From Dendrobates tinctorius (lineage: Eukaryota): a DNA stretch of 64,000 nt. Position numbers and translations under genes: made by a program. Positions 1-13,584 of the stretch are shown here, in pieces. The notes beneath the pieces were generated by a model. The model was not told the origin of the DNA. It searched no databases and saw nothing but the letters and a program-made list of their open reading frames with translations. Each line of letters starts with the position of its first letter. The first letter of the stretch is position 1. The DNA is taken from positions 2,790,001 to 2,854,000 of the forward strand of contig NW_027361989.1 in NCBI RefSeq assembly GCF_039654945.1. The letters run 5' to 3'.

Positions 1-1900
1 GCAGATCATTAGAGACTTTAGTGAGGGCAGTTTCAGTGGAGTGTAAAGAGCGGAAACCGGATTGGAGAGGGTCGAGAACAGAGTTTTCTGAGAGATAGCG
101 GATAAGACGGGAGTGGACCAGGCGTTCCAGGAGTTTAGAGATGAAGGGAAGATTAGAGACAGGTCTATATTTAGCGGCACAGTTTTGGTCGAGGGATGGT
201 TTTTTAAGTAGTGGATGTATGATGGCATGCTTAAATGAGGAGGGAAAAATACCAAAAGAGAGAGAGAGGTTAAATATTTTAGTCAGGTGAGGGGTCACAG
301 CAGGGGAAAGGGACTGGAGGAGATGTGACAGAAATGGGTCACTGGTGCAAGTAGTTGGGCGAGAAGATGCAAGGAGCCTGCTTACTTCTTCTGTGACTGG
401 TTCAAAATCAGAGAGTGAGCTAGATGCAGTGGTGGAGGGAGGACAGTGCATGGTATGAGGGGATTGGGAGATAATTTCCTGTCGAATCTGGTCAATTTTT
501 TCTTTGAAGTAATTGGCCAGATCGTCAGCTCGGAACTCCGTGGTTGGGGCCTGTACTCTTGGATTGAGTAGAGAATGAAAAGTGTCAAAGAGACGTTTCG
601 GGTTATTGGACAGTGAGGTGATGAGGGTGTTGAAATAGGTTTGTTTGGAGAGGTGAAGGGCAGTGTTGTATGTTCTAAGCATAAACTTAAAATGGATGAA
701 ATCTTCATGTAAATTGGATTTTCTCCACAGACGTTCGGCGTACCTGGAGCACCGCTGCAGGAAACGTGTTTGCAGGGTGTGCCAGGGTTGTCGCCGTCTG
801 CATTGTGGTGTTCTATTTATAGGGGGTGCAAATTCATCCAGGGCACTTTGAAGTGTTTCATTGTAATGCTTCAATGCAGAATCAGGACATGAGAGGGAGG
901 AGATAGGGGCCAATGAAGACTGCAAGTTCTTCATAAGTTTCTGGGTGTTAATGGCCTGTATGTTTCTATAAGTCTGGACAGTGGGGGTGACCTGAGCAGC
1001 CTGGCAGTTCTTTATAGAGAATGAAAGAAGATTGTGGTCAGAGAGCGGGAGAGGGGAGTTTGCAAAATCATCCACAGCACAAAGCCGAGAGAAGACCAAG
1101 TCGAGGGAGTTTCCGTCTTCATGCGTTGGAGAATTAGTAAGCTGCGAAAGGCCAAACGAGGAGGTTAGAGATAAAAGGCGAGTAGCAGATGGTGAGAGGG
1201 GAAGAGCAATGGGGATGTTGAAATCTCCCATGATGAGGGTAGGGATGTCACAGGAGAGAAAATGTGGAAGCCAAGTGGCAAAATGATCCAGGAACTGATG
1301 GGAGGGGCCGGGAGGACGATACACCACCGCCACTCGCATGGAGAAGGGGGTGTAGAGTCTGACGGCATGGACCTCAAAAGAAGGGAAGACAAGTGAGGGT
1401 ACTTGAGGGATAACCTGAAAGGTACATTTTGGTGATAGGTGCAGACCAACGCCTCCACCAGCTCTACTGTCTGATCTTGGGGTATGAGAGAAGTGTAGCC
1501 CCCCGTATGAAAGAGCAGCAGCAGCGGTAGTGTGTGACTGCTGGATCCAGGTTTCAGTAAGAGCCAGGAGGTTAAGAGAATTAGAAAGGAAGAAGTCATG
1601 GATGAAGGAGAGTTTGTTACACACTGAGCGAGAATTCCAAAGTGCACAATTAAGAGAGACAGATGGCAGGCAGGGAATATTAATAAGATTAGAGGGGTTT
1701 CTAAGTGTAGCAGTCGGGGGGGGGCTTGACTTTCTATAAAATGGGGGACCAGGGTTGGGAGCAATGTCTCCTGCGACTAGGAGAAGGAGGATAGAAAGAG
1801 TGAGCAGATGGTTAAGTGATTTGTGAGAGCGTTTCTGATGTTGAATGGAGGGACTGACTGGATCTGTGCAATTTAACAACGTGAAAAGAGCGTGAGTGCT
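1..1900 (-). mobile_element. L2-clade LINE fragment (APE endonuclease to start of RT), degenerate, runs off the window edge
   Basis: Minus-strand frames give NCALWNSRSVCNK / LLALTETW (APE endonuclease) near 1550-1650 and [25 protein letters not shown] (pre-RT L2 motif) at 1-75; frameshifted. Right boundary approximate. Confidence 0.85.
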
Positions 1901-2400
1901 ATACATAGGAGAGGAAAGGAGCGAGGGGCCGATATGGATGGAGTGTAGAGAGTTAATGCCAGGGCGGTGGATGTGTGTGAATGCAGTGGCCAGGATTAAA
2001 ATTACACAAATGCATATGGTATATATTTGTTGCACTCCTAATGTACAGGGAGTAGATGTATATAAATGTCTTACCTGTCTACTGCCCTTTCTAACTGCCA
2101 TGTTATAACTGCCAGTAGTACTTTGATACATGTACTTCGATTACATGTGCATAAATGCCACCCCTGCATAAATGCTCCCCCTAGCTAGGTCTGAATATAT
2201 AGGAGTTAAGGCTAAGTTTTTTTGTTGGCTCTCTCTCTTCTCGTTAATCAATCACACTAAATTGAGACACCAGGACCCAATAAAATGTTGTGGTCAAATA
2301 AACACATGTCCAGCACTACATGGATCATAAAGCACTTTGAAAAGTTTCTTGACCTCACAACATAAGGGGACAAGCAGAGTAAGTTGAAAAAACTATATAC

Positions 2401-2748
2401 CAGATATAAGCTTGCAGAGTTGAAAACACAGAGATAGCATTCAGGATTAACTGCTTGCTGACATTGAATGGAGACACAGGAGTGGATTCAGAGCAGAGAT
2501 TGGAAAAGCTGGTTACCAGATATAAGCTTGCAGAGTTGAAAACACAGAGATAGCATTCAGGATTAACTGCTTGCTGACATTGAATGGAGACACAGGAGTG
2601 GATTCAGAGCAGAGATTGGAAAAGCTGGTTACTAGATATAAGCTTGCAGAGTTGAAAACACAGAGATAGCATTCAGGATTAACTGCTTGCTGACATTGAA
2701 TGGAGACACAGGAGTGGATTCAGAGCAGAGATTGGAAAAGCTGGTTAC
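2401..2748. repeat. Tandem repeat, 3 x 116 bp, near-identical
   Basis: Unit cagatataagcttgcagag...ggaaaagctggttac starts at 2401, 2517 and 2633. Confidence 0.95.
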
Positions 2749-2859
2749 CTGTATGAAGAGAATAGAGATGCGTGTCACATTCATCCATGTTATAACTGCC
2801 AGTAGTACTTTGATACATGTATTAAAAGGTAATATATTAAACACCTTCTCAAGCAAGTT

Positions 2860-3305
2860 CAGAAAAGAGCGACCAGAATGGTGACCGGTCTGCAAACCCT
2901 GTCTTATGAGGAAAGGTTGCAGGATTTGGGAATGTTTAGTTTGCAAAAGAGAAGACTGAGAGGAGACTTAATAGCTGTCTACAAATATCTAAAGGGCTGT
3001 CACATTGTAGAAGGATCAACTTTATTCTCATTTGCGCAAGGAAAGACTAGAAGCAATGGGATGAAACTGAATGGGAGGAGACACAGATTAGATATTAGAA
3101 AAAACTTTTTGACAGTTAGAGTGATCAATGAGTGGAACAGGCTGCCACGAGAAGTGGTGAGTTCTCCTTCAATGGAAGTCTTCAAACAGAGGCTGGACAG
3201 ACATCTGACTGGGATGATTTAGCGAATCCTGCTTTGAGCAGGGGGTTGGACCAGATGGCCCAGGAGGTCCCTTCCAACTCTACGATTCTATGATTCTATG
3301 ATTCT
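2860..3305 (+). mobile_element. CR1 LINE 3' fragment with (ATTCTATG)n tail
   Basis: ORF 2878-3222 (YEERL..LGMFSLQKRRLRGDLI..EWNRLP) is a CR1 ORF2 C-terminus; ends in attctatgattctatgattct, the typical CR1 8-bp tail. Confidence 0.9.
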
Positions 3306-6300
3306 CCACGGTATTCACGGTGGAAAATGAAATGCTAGGTGAAATGCAGAGAGACAAAGAAAACCCTATATTAAGTGTCACCAATCTAACCCAAGAAGAG
3401 GTGCGAAACCAGCTAAATAAGATTACAATAGATAAATCTCTGGGTCCAGATGGCATACACCCACGAGTACTAAGAGAACTAAGTAATGTAATACATAAAC
3501 CATTATTTCTTATATTTAAGGACTCTATAGCGACGGGGTCTGTTCCATAGGACTGGCGCATAGCAAATGTGGTACCAATATTCAGAAAGGGCTCTAAAAG
3601 TGCCTCTTGACCTACACTCATTCTCTGAATCTCTCCTCCCTCTCACAGATATAAGTTCCTTACACAATGCGGATGATGCTGCTGCTCTATATAACACCAC
3701 AATAGCTGTAGCTTTGGAATCTGCTGCCCCACTTACACATACCAAGGCTCGCAAAATCAACAGACAGCCCTGGCACACCAGCCTGACCAAAGAACTGAGG
3801 CGAGCTTCCAGGGCTGCTGAGCGCAGATGGAAAAGATCCCACTACAATGAGCACTTCATCGCATTCAAACAGTCCCTCACTACTTTCAAGACCACACTCG
3901 CCACAGCTAAACAAACCTACTTCCCATCTCTCATATCCTCCCTGTCTCACAACCCTAAACAGTTATTCAACACCTTCAATTCTCTCCTCCGTCCCCCAGC
4001 ACCTCCTCCCTCCCCACTCATCTCAGCTGAAGACTTTGCCTCATTTTTCAAGCAGAAGATTGATAACATCAGAGACAGTTTTGGTCAACAACCCCCAGAG
4101 CCCTTCCTCCCGACTTCCCAGCCCTCCACCTCCAAAACCAACTTCTCCACCATTACAGAAGATCGACTCTCCACTCTACTCTCAAGATCACATCTCACCA
4201 CCTGTGCACTTGACCCAATCCCATCCCACTTCATCCCAAACCTCACCACAGTCTTCATCCCAACCCTAACCCATCTCTTCAACCTATCACTAACAACTGG
4301 TGTTTTCCCCTCAAGTTTTAAACATGCCTATCCTCAGAAAGCCCTCTCTTGACCCATCCTCTGTATCCAGCTATCGCCCTAAATCCCTTCTCCCCTTTGC
4401 CTCCAAGCTACTGGAACAACACGTCTACCTTGAACTGTCCTCCCATCTCTCTTCTTGCTCCCTCTTCGACCGCTTACAATCTGGCTTCCGGTCACACCAC
4501 TCCACTGAAACTGCCCTTACTAAGGTCACCAATGACCTCTTAACCGCCAAGAGCAAGCGACACTACTCTGTCCTCCTCCTCCTGGACCTGTCGGCTGCCT
4601 TTGACACAGTGGATCATTCCCTATTATTACAGACCCTCTCATCCCTTGGCATCACAGACTTGGCCCTATCCTGGATCTCATCATACCTAACAGACCGGAC
4701 ATTCAGCGTCTCCCACTCACACACCACCTCCTCACCTCACCCACTATCTGTCGGAGTCCCACAAGGTTCAGTCCTAGGACCCCTGCTCTTCTCCATTTAC
4801 ACCTTTGGCCTGGAACAGCTCATAGAATCTCATGGCTTTCAGTATCACCTCTATGCTGATGACACACAGATCTACATCTCTGGACTAGATATCACCTCCC
4901 TACTAACCAGAATCCCTCAATGTCTGACTGCTATTTCATCCTTCTCCGCTAGATTTTTGAAACTTAACATGGACAAAACAGAATTCATAATCTTTCCCCC
5001 ATCTCACGTGACCCCCCCAACGAACCTATCCATTACAGTAAATGGCTGCCCACTCTCCCAAGTCCCACAAGCTCGCTGCCTCGGGGAAATCCTTGACGCT
5101 GATCTCTCCTTCAAACCACATATCCAAGCCCTTTCCACTTCCTGCCGACTTCAACTCAAAAATATTTCACAAATCCCTTCATTCCTCAACCAAAAATCTG
5201 CAAAAACCCTAGTCCATGCCATCATCATCTCTCTCATCTCTTGCCTTGACTACTGCAACCTCCTGCTCTGTGGCCTCCCCTCGAACACTCTCGCACCCCT
5301 CCAATCTATTCTAAACTCTGCTGCCCGACTAATCCACCTGACCCCCCGCTATTCCCCAGCTTCTCCCCTCTGTCAATCCCTTCACTGGCTCCCCATTGCC
5401 CAGAGACTCCAGTACAAAACCCTAACCATGACATACAAAGCCATCCACAACCTGTCTCCTCCATACATCTGTGACCTCGTCTCCCGGTACTTTCCTGCAC
5501 GCAACCTCCGATCCTCACAAGATCTCCTTCTCTACTCCCCTCTTATCTCCTCTTCCCACAATCGCATACAAGATTTCTCTCGCGCATCACCCCTACTCTG
5601 GAACTCTCTACCACAACATATCAGACTCTCACCTACCATCGAAACCTTCAAAAAGAGCCTGAAGACCCACCTCTTCCGACAAGCCTACAACCTGCAGTAA
5701 TCACCGATCGACCAAACCACTGCATGACCAGCTCTACCCTCGCCTACTGTATTCTCACCCATCCCTTGTAGATTGTGAGCCTTCGCGGGCAGGGTCCTCT
5801 CTCCTGTACCAGTTATGATTTGTATTGTTTAACATTATTGTACTTGTTTTTATTATGTATACCCCTCCTTACATGTAAAGCGCCATGGAATAAATGGCGC
5901 TATATCAATAAATAATAATAATAATAATAAAAGTGAACCTGTAAATTATAGGCCAGTAAGTCTAACCTCAATTGTTGGTAAAATATTTGAAGGGTTTCTG
6001 AGGGATGTTATTCTGGATCATCTCCATGAGAATAACTGTGTAACGCCATATCAGCAAGGGTTTATGAGGAACTGCTCCTTTCAAACCAATCTAATCAGTT
6101 TTTATGAAGAGGTAAGCTATAAACTGGGCCAAGGTGAGTCATTGGATGTGGCGTATCTTGATTTTTTCAAAGCGTTTGATCCCGTGCCACACAAGAGGTT
6201 GGTACACAAAATGAGAATGCTGGGTCTGGGGGAAAATGTGTGTAAATGGGTAAGTAACTGGCTGAGTGATAGAAAGCAGAGGGTGGTTATAAATGGTATA

Positions 6301-7341
6301 TTCTCTAACTGGGTCGCTGTGACCAGTGGGGTACCGCAGGGGTCGGTGTTGGGACCTCTTCTCTTCAACATATTTATTAACGATCTGGTAGAAGGTTTGC
6401 ACAGTAAAATATCGATATTTGCAGATAATACAAAACTATGTAAAGCAGTCAATACAAGAGAAGATAGTATTCTGCCACAGATGGATCTGGATAAGTTGGA
6501 AACTTGGGCCGAAAGTTGGCAGATGCGGTTTAACAATGATAAATGTAAGGTTATACACATGGGAAGAAGGAATCAATATCATCATTACATACTGAACGAT
6601 AAACCACTGGGTAAATCTGACATGGAGAAGGACTTGGGGATCCTAGTTAATGATAAACTTACCTGGAGCAGCCAGTGCCAGGCAGTGGCTGCCAAGGCAA
6701 ACAGGATCATGGGGTGCATTAAAGAGGTCTGGATACACATGATGAGAGCATTATACTGCCTCTGTACAAATCCCTGGTTACACCACACATGGAGGACTGT
6801 GTACAGTTTTGGGCACCGGTGCTCAGGAAGGATATAATGGAACTAGAGCGAGTACAAAGGAGGGCAACAAAATTAATAAATGGGATTGGGGAACTACAAT
6901 ACCCAGAGAGATTAGCAAAATTAGGATTATTTAGTCTACAAAAAAGACGACTGAGGGGCGATCTAATAACCATGTATAAATATATAAGGGGACAATACAA
7001 ATATCTTGCCCAGGATCTGTTTATACCAAGGAAGGTGACGGTCACAAAGGGGGCATTCTCTGCGTCTGGAGGAGAGAAGGTTTTTCCACCAACATAGAAG
7101 AGGATTCTTTACTGTTAGGGCAGTGAGAATCTGGAATTTCCTGCCTGAGGTGGTGATGGCGAAATCAGTCGAGGAGTTCAAGAAAGGCCTGGATGTCTTC
7201 CTGGAGCGTAACAATATTGTATCTTACAGTTATTAGGTTCTTTAGAAGGACGTAGATCTGGAGATTTATTCTGACAATTCTATAGGCTGAACTGGATGGA
7301 CTAATGTCTTTTTTCGGCCTTACTAACTATGTTACTATGTT
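3306..7341 (+). mobile_element. CR1 LINE (5'-truncated RT region and 3' end), split by an L2 insertion
   Basis: KSLGPDGIHPRVL..DWRIANVVPIFRKG stops at 3602 and resumes after 5935 as NYRPVSLTSIVGK; [14 protein letters not shown] (catalytic D mutated), KRRLRGDLI; tail actatgttactatgtt. Stops and frameshifts present. Confidence 0.92.
3603..5927 (+). mobile_element. L2 LINE, 5'-truncated, inserted into CR1
   Basis: ORFs 3567-4352 and 4300-5700: [36 protein letters not shown]; 3' stem-loop agcgccat-ggaataa-atggcgct and (AAT)n tail; taaaagtg duplicated at 3595-3602 and 5928-5935. Confidence 0.95.
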
Positions 7342-10300
7342 GCTCAGGTCGAGCAAATAGGAATACTTGGGTACTCGGTCAGAACAACGAGCCCAATGTA
7401 AGTCTATGGGAGACCCGAGCATTATTACCGCAATCCCCCCGGGGGTCCTTTTAAGGTCTATAAACATTGGGAAATGATGGAAACACTGCTAAAATGACAC
7501 GGGATCATCATGGGGATCGCCCCTGGAAGCATTCCTGACTCCTAGTTCACAGTTGTAAACAATGTTGTCAGAGTTTCATGCCACTTTTACCAGTGCACCA
7601 AGAAACATACCAAAATGAAACCAAAACGGATTTTGCTGGGAAATATGTTAAGGTGCATCCTTTCCAGGTTAATGACTTGTACATAATAATTAACCCCAGA
7701 CTAAAATCTTCCTCCACCACTTGGGCTATGTTCAGATTCAGCGTTTTTGAAGCGTTTTTCAACTTTAACATTGCTTTAAACCAATACAAATGCATTCACT
7801 GGGAAATGTCAATGTAACATTTACCAACCCTAGCTGCTATGTGGTGTGTGACACATAAGCAGACACATCTTGTTTCATTTATGAATGAGTGACTCAAAGT
7901 CACAGAGCCTATTTTTACCGGGACATCAGCCGGCATTAATCTTCTTAAAGGGCCATTATTAAACAGTGGGTCTCCTAAACTGTTATAGCATATGCAGTGA
8001 GTGGATGGGCTGAAAAGAATTACGACGCACCCCAATACCCCTTTCACGAGATGTCCAGGAGGGCTTCCACAAAAAATGTTGCATTGAATGCAAGGACTGC
8101 CCTACTACCAAGTCATATGCACCCCAATAAGCCTTTAAACCCAGGTACTGGATGTGCCCAGGAAAATCCACTTCACATTATTCATTTTGTACTGCCCTTC
8201 TGTTTTCTTATGCATTGACTGCAAGGCCTGCCCTGCTACCAAGTCATATGCACCTCAATAAGCCCAATCCCCCCCTTGGAAGAAACATGTAGGATGGCCT
8301 CTTAACAAAAAATTTCCCATTAAAAAGAGCGGGTCTCCTAGACTTGTAATTGCCATACACTAAGTGTATTGGGCTGACAAACATTTTCCCCTGTGGGGTA
8401 CATCTCAACCTTTTCCATAAGTATTTAACGCCCAGCAAAAAAAACCCACCCTTGTTAGGATTTCGACACTGGCTGTAGCAACACGGAAGCCTGATTAAAA
8501 CCTATGCCCAATTCAAAGGAGCGGGTCTCCTAGAGTTGGAATACCCATACACTAAGTGTACGGCCAGGCAAACATTTCCCCCTGGGGGGTACACCTCAAC
8601 CGTTTTCAGAACAAGTATTTTACGCACAGCATAACCACCCACCCTTGCTAATAATTCGACACTGGCTGTAGCTGCACGGAACACATAAACCCTTTTGATC
8701 TAGTGGCGGGGGATGATGAGATGTGGAGGAAGGCCTGATTTAAAACTATGCCCAATTTAAAGGAGTGGATCTCCTAGACTTGGAATGCCCATACACTAAG
8801 TGTATGGCCTGGAAAACATTGCCCCCTGGGGATAGATAACAACATAGTGTGTACATTTTTTTTAGGGGCATCATGAACACCTTGCAAAACTGTAACATGG
8901 TTTCCAACACAGTTGCTGCTGGGAAGGTGCATGTTTTTAGTAACAATATGGCGGACGAATCGTTGGATGAAGTGATCTGGAAAAGGGGCATGGTGATGAC
9001 AGGAATGGGAAAGTACATGATTAATAACAGCAGTGACTATGGGAGGTATGAGATCCAGGATACAGCCAACAATGATTAGTCATTTAGCCACCATCAATTA
9101 TCAGAATGGGTTTCATGCCCGTTTGAAGATCGGTGTAACAGATGCGTGTGGTGTGAGACTTGGTCTAAAAAATGCCCATCCAAAATATGCTGCCAAAGAT
9201 ACATGTGTGTGTATAAAGGGCAAAGTGCAACATGTTCGTGAGATTCTGAATTATATAAAGCAGATGAGTGTTGGAGGAAAACCAAACAAACAAATGGATG
9301 CTCGGGAAAAGTTTAACCCCTTTCTGACATCTGACGTACTATCCCGTCCACGGTACCCGGGCCCGTATGACCGGGGACGGGATGGTACGTCAGCACGATC
9401 AGCGGCCCTCCCGGAGGGGAGCGCCACTGATTGCGGCTGGGTGTCAGCTGATTATCACAGCTGACACCCGGCACTATGTGTCAGGGGTGGTCACGGACCA
9501 CCCCCGGCACATTAACCCCTGGCACACTGCGATCAAACATGATCGCGGTGTAGCAGGGGATTAGGGAAGAATTGCGCAGGGAGGGGGCTCCTTGCACGCT
9601 TCCCTGAGACCCTCAGAGCAGCGTGATGTGCTCGCGCTGCTTCGAGGGTCTCCTCCCTGCAGGCCCCCGGATCCAAGATGGCCGTGAGAGCCTGCAGGAA
9701 GGCAGCTTCCTCAGTGCTTGCTGAGAGCAGGCATTAAGAAAGCCTGTGCAGCGCCTGTCAGATCGCTAATCTGTCACAGGGCTCTTCAAAGTGTCAGATC
9801 AGCTATCTGACACTTTATTGTAATGTCCCACATTGGGACAATATAATAAAATGCAAAAAAAAAACAAGTGTAAAAACAAATTTATAAAATCCGAAATAAA
9901 TAATAAAAAAACCCTAATAAATTATTTTTTTGTAAATAAAAAAACAAAACAATAAAAATACACATATTTAGTATCGCCGCATCCGTAACGACCCGCCCTA
10001 TAGAATTGTCCCACTAGTTAACCCCTTTAGTGAACCCCTTCAAAAAAAAAACTAGGCAAAAAACAATGCTTTATCATCATACCGCCGAACAAGGTGCAAT
10101 ACCACACAATCAAAAAGACGTATATAAATAAACATGGTACCCAGGGCCATATTTAGAGTTTGTGCTGCCTTAGGCACTTTTTGTGCTGCCTCCCCCATTG
10201 GCGAGTATGACTAATGCAGACACTGTCGGCAGTGACTTAGGCTACTTTCACATCAGCGATTTTCGCCATTTCCTGCAGATCCTTCAGTTTTTCTGCATCT

Positions 10301-10445
10301 GTCACGTAACGGATCACTTATGGCAACGCTGCATTCGGCCTCATTCATTCCCTATGGGACATGTGCGGCACTTGCGGTTTTGCCGCGATCCCGCAAAATG
10401 CGGTACTTGCAGCAATGGAAAAAAACGCTGCTAGCTGTGTTTTAT
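7342..10445 (+). repeat. Left arm of a large inverted duplication (non-autonomous hAT-like end plus nested TE fragments)
   Basis: Reverse complement of about 26420-30192 along its length; paired ORF translations, e.g. 9367-9564(+) vs 27310-27507(-) and 8849-9079(+) vs 27632-28021(-). Confidence 0.92.
9313..10140 (+). mobile_element. TTAA-type (piggyBac/T2-MITE-like) non-autonomous element, one end only
   Basis: Begins ttaacccctttctgac; no second terminus seen; truncated where a caggg-starting element begins. Also present inverted in the right arm. Confidence 0.5.
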
Positions 10446-10690
10446 TTATCTCACCGCAAGTGCAAAACCGCAAGTGTGCGGCTGCATGAATTTCTACGTA
10501 GCTGAACGCTCCAGTCCCGAGTGATGGCAGCAGTGCCGTGTATTGAGGTGCGAGACTCATGTGAGTTTGTCGCAAGTGTGACCCCGGCCTAACGCAGATT
10601 TTATGTGTGTTTCTTTATTTAACTCTCTATGTACCTTTTATAAATATTACTAAACATCAGGCTTGGTATTATCTTGGTATTAGATATATA

Positions 10691-12275
10691 CAGTGCCTTG
10701 CAAAAGTATTCGCCCCCTGGAACTTTTCAACCTTTTCCCACATATCATGCTTCAAACATAAAGATACCAAATGTAAATTTTTGGTGAAGACTCTACAACA
10801 AGTGGGACACAATTGTGAAGTTGAACGGAATTTATTGGTTATTTTAAATTTTTGTGGAAATTCAAAAACTGAAAAGTGGGGCGTGCAATATTATTCGGCC
10901 CCTATAACTTAATACTTTGTTGTGCCACCTTTTGCTGCGATTATAGTATGTAATCTATCAGTTTTGTACATGGAGAGACTGAAATTCTCGCCCATTCTTC
11001 CTTGGCAAACAGCTCGAGCTCAGTGAGGTTGGATGGAGATCGTTTGTGAACAGCAGTTTTCAGCTCTTTCCACAGATTCTTGATTGGATTCAGGTCTGGA
11101 CTGTGACTTGGCCATTCTAACACCTGGATACGTTTATTTGTGAATCATTCCATTATAGATTTTGCTTTATGTTTGGGATCATTGTTTTGTTGTAAGACAA
11201 ATCTTTGTCCCAGTCTCAGGTCTTTTGCAGACTCTAACAGGTTTCCTTCAAGAATGGTCCTGTATTTGGCTCTATCCATCTTCCCATCAATTTTAACCAT
11301 CTTCCCTGTCCCTGCTGAAGTAAAGCAGGCTCAAATCATGATGCTGCCACCACCATGTTTGACAGTGGGGATGATGTTTTCAGGGTGATGAGCTGTGCTG
11401 CCTTTATGACAAACATATCGTTTGGCATTGTTGCCAAAAAGTTTGATTTTGGTTTCATCTGACCAGAGCACCTTCTTCCACATGTTTGGTGTGTCTCCCA
11501 GGTGACTTGTTGCAAACTTTAAATGACACTTTTTATGGATATCTTTGAGAAATGGCTTTCTTGCCACTCTTCCATAAAGGCCAGATTTGTGCAGTGTACG
11601 ACTGATTGTTGTCCTATGGACAGACTGTCCCACTTCAGCTGTAGATGTCTGCAGTTCATCCAGAGTGATCATGGGCCTCTTGGTTGCATCTCTTATCAGT
11701 CTTCTCCTTGTTTGAGATGAAAGTTTAGAGGGACGGCCGGGACTTGGTAGATTTGCAGTGGGATGATACTCCTTCCATTTCAATATGATCGCTTGCACAG
11801 TGCTCCTTGAGATGTCTAAAGTTTTGGAAATCATTTTGTATCCAAATCCGGCTTTAAACTTCTCCACAACAGTATCACGGACCTACCTGTTGTGTTCCTT
11901 GGTCTTCATGATGCTCTCTGTGCTTCATACAGAACCCTGAGACTATCACAGAGCAGGTGCATTTATATGAAGACTTGATTACACACAGGTGGATTATATT
12001 TACTATCATTAGTCATTTAGGACAACATTGGATCATCCAGAGATCCACAATGAACTTCTGGAGTGAGTTTGCTGCACTGAAAGTAAAGGGGCTGAATAAT
12101 ATTGCACGCCCCAAAAATTTAAAATAACCAATAAATTTCGTTCAACTTCACAATTGTGTCCCACTTGTTGTTGATTCTTCACCAAAAATTTACATTTGGT
12201 ATCTTTATGTTTGAAGCATGATATGTGGGAAAAGGTTGAAAAGTTCCAGGGGCCGATTACTTTCGCAACGCACTG
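10691..12275 (-). mobile_element. Tc1/mariner IR/DR-type DNA transposon, full length, inactive
   Basis: TA on both flanks; ~200-bp inverted repeats (cagtgccttgcaaaagtattcg.. / ..tactttcgcaacgcactg) with an inner direct repeat; transposase remnant on the minus strand. Confidence 0.95.
10909..11909 (-). pseudogene. Tc1 DD34E transposase pseudogene
   Basis: MKTKEH start followed by a stop; paired-like HTH, GRP, WSDETK, HGGGSIM, WPSHSPDLNPIKNLW (catalytic E to K); ends TKY*. Stops and frameshifts present. Confidence 0.92.
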
Positions 12276-13169
12276 TATTGATAGATCTATCATTTATCGA
12301 TATATCTATCATCTATCTGTGTGTGTAAACATTATTCTTCAATGGAGTAAGTAAATGAAGAGGTTGAACAAGAAATGACATCACAATTCTTTTTGGTAAA
12401 TAATAGATTGTTATTTAGCCTACAAAAATGCATACAAATCCGCATGAAAAAAACGCTTGAAAATCTGTATAAAAATGCACAGATTTTTACCTGCATTTTC
12501 TGCTAAGAGATGCAGATTTTGTGCATAAAATTCTGCAGACAAATCCGCACCGTGTGCACATACCCTAAGGCTATGTTTCCACGTTCAGGAAACACTGCAG
12601 AGAGGACGCAGCTCCGTCCAAAGCTTTGCCGGCTTTAGTACGTGCGGTGACGCCACACAGCACCGGCTCCAGGTTTTTGAGGGCCCCGGGCAAAATAGTC
12701 TCAGTGGGCCCCCCCCTTTAACACATACCACGATCATCACTAGCTAGGTCCTGGAGAATGATGGTTGAGACCGGGGTCTTGAGTTTGGAGACATTGGAGG
12801 TTGTTGGTGTTGCTTTGCTAGGTCTGTTAGGTGGTCACCAACCCTCCCCCCCAAAGCCAGAACTCACCTTTGTTGTGGGTTGAGAACTTGAGATGAGAAG
12901 CCAGGAGATGTGTGTCAGCGAGTGTCCGGTGCGGCGGTGCCTGCTGCTGCAGCAGGAGCCGCCGGAGCGAGGAGCCACAACAAGCGCCGGGGCCCGGGAG
13001 ATCAGCCGCCAGTAGAGTTGAGCGAAACGGGTCGAAAAAATTCAAAAGTCGCCGACTTTTGGCAAAGTCGGGTTTCATGAAACGAAACCCGACCCTAGGA
13101 TGAGGTCGGCCACGAGGTCGGCGACTTACGCGCCAAAGTCGCGTTTCAAAAGTTTGTTTTGCGCTCTTT

Positions 13170-13320
13170 TTCAGCCAATCAGGATCCACGGACACTGTGG
13201 GCAACGTGATGACATAGGCACGGGTCACCACCATCTTTCAGAAGGGCATGCAAGTGATTGGCTTGCTTTGGTGGTCGTCACAGGGGGTATAAAAGGGCGT
13301 GCACGCCGACCGCCATCTTA
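13170..13320 (+). promoter_or_regulatory. Candidate Pol II promoter of the hAT transposase
   Basis: agccaatcag (CCAAT, ~13173), inverted gattggc (~13256), TATAAAAG at 13288-13295 and YY1-type ccgccatctt at 13310-13319, about 22 bp after the TATA start. Confidence 0.6.
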
Positions 13321-13584
13321 CTTCTGCCGATCTTAGTATAGGGAGAGGTTGCTGCTGATTCTGTAGGGAGAGCGTTAGGCAGGGAAGAAGACAAAAAAAC
13401 TGCTTCTGCTGCTAGCGATTTGGCCTGCACAACACACAAGTCACTGTGTGTGCAGTGCAAGGGGAGGCTATATTGTGGTGTATCAGTGGTGTTGGTTGTT
13501 GGGCTGCCTTCTAAAGCTTCCTGACATGCTGGCATTGCTGTTTACCCACTGCTCCGCAAACTGCTTTTTTAAAAGCAATCCAAT

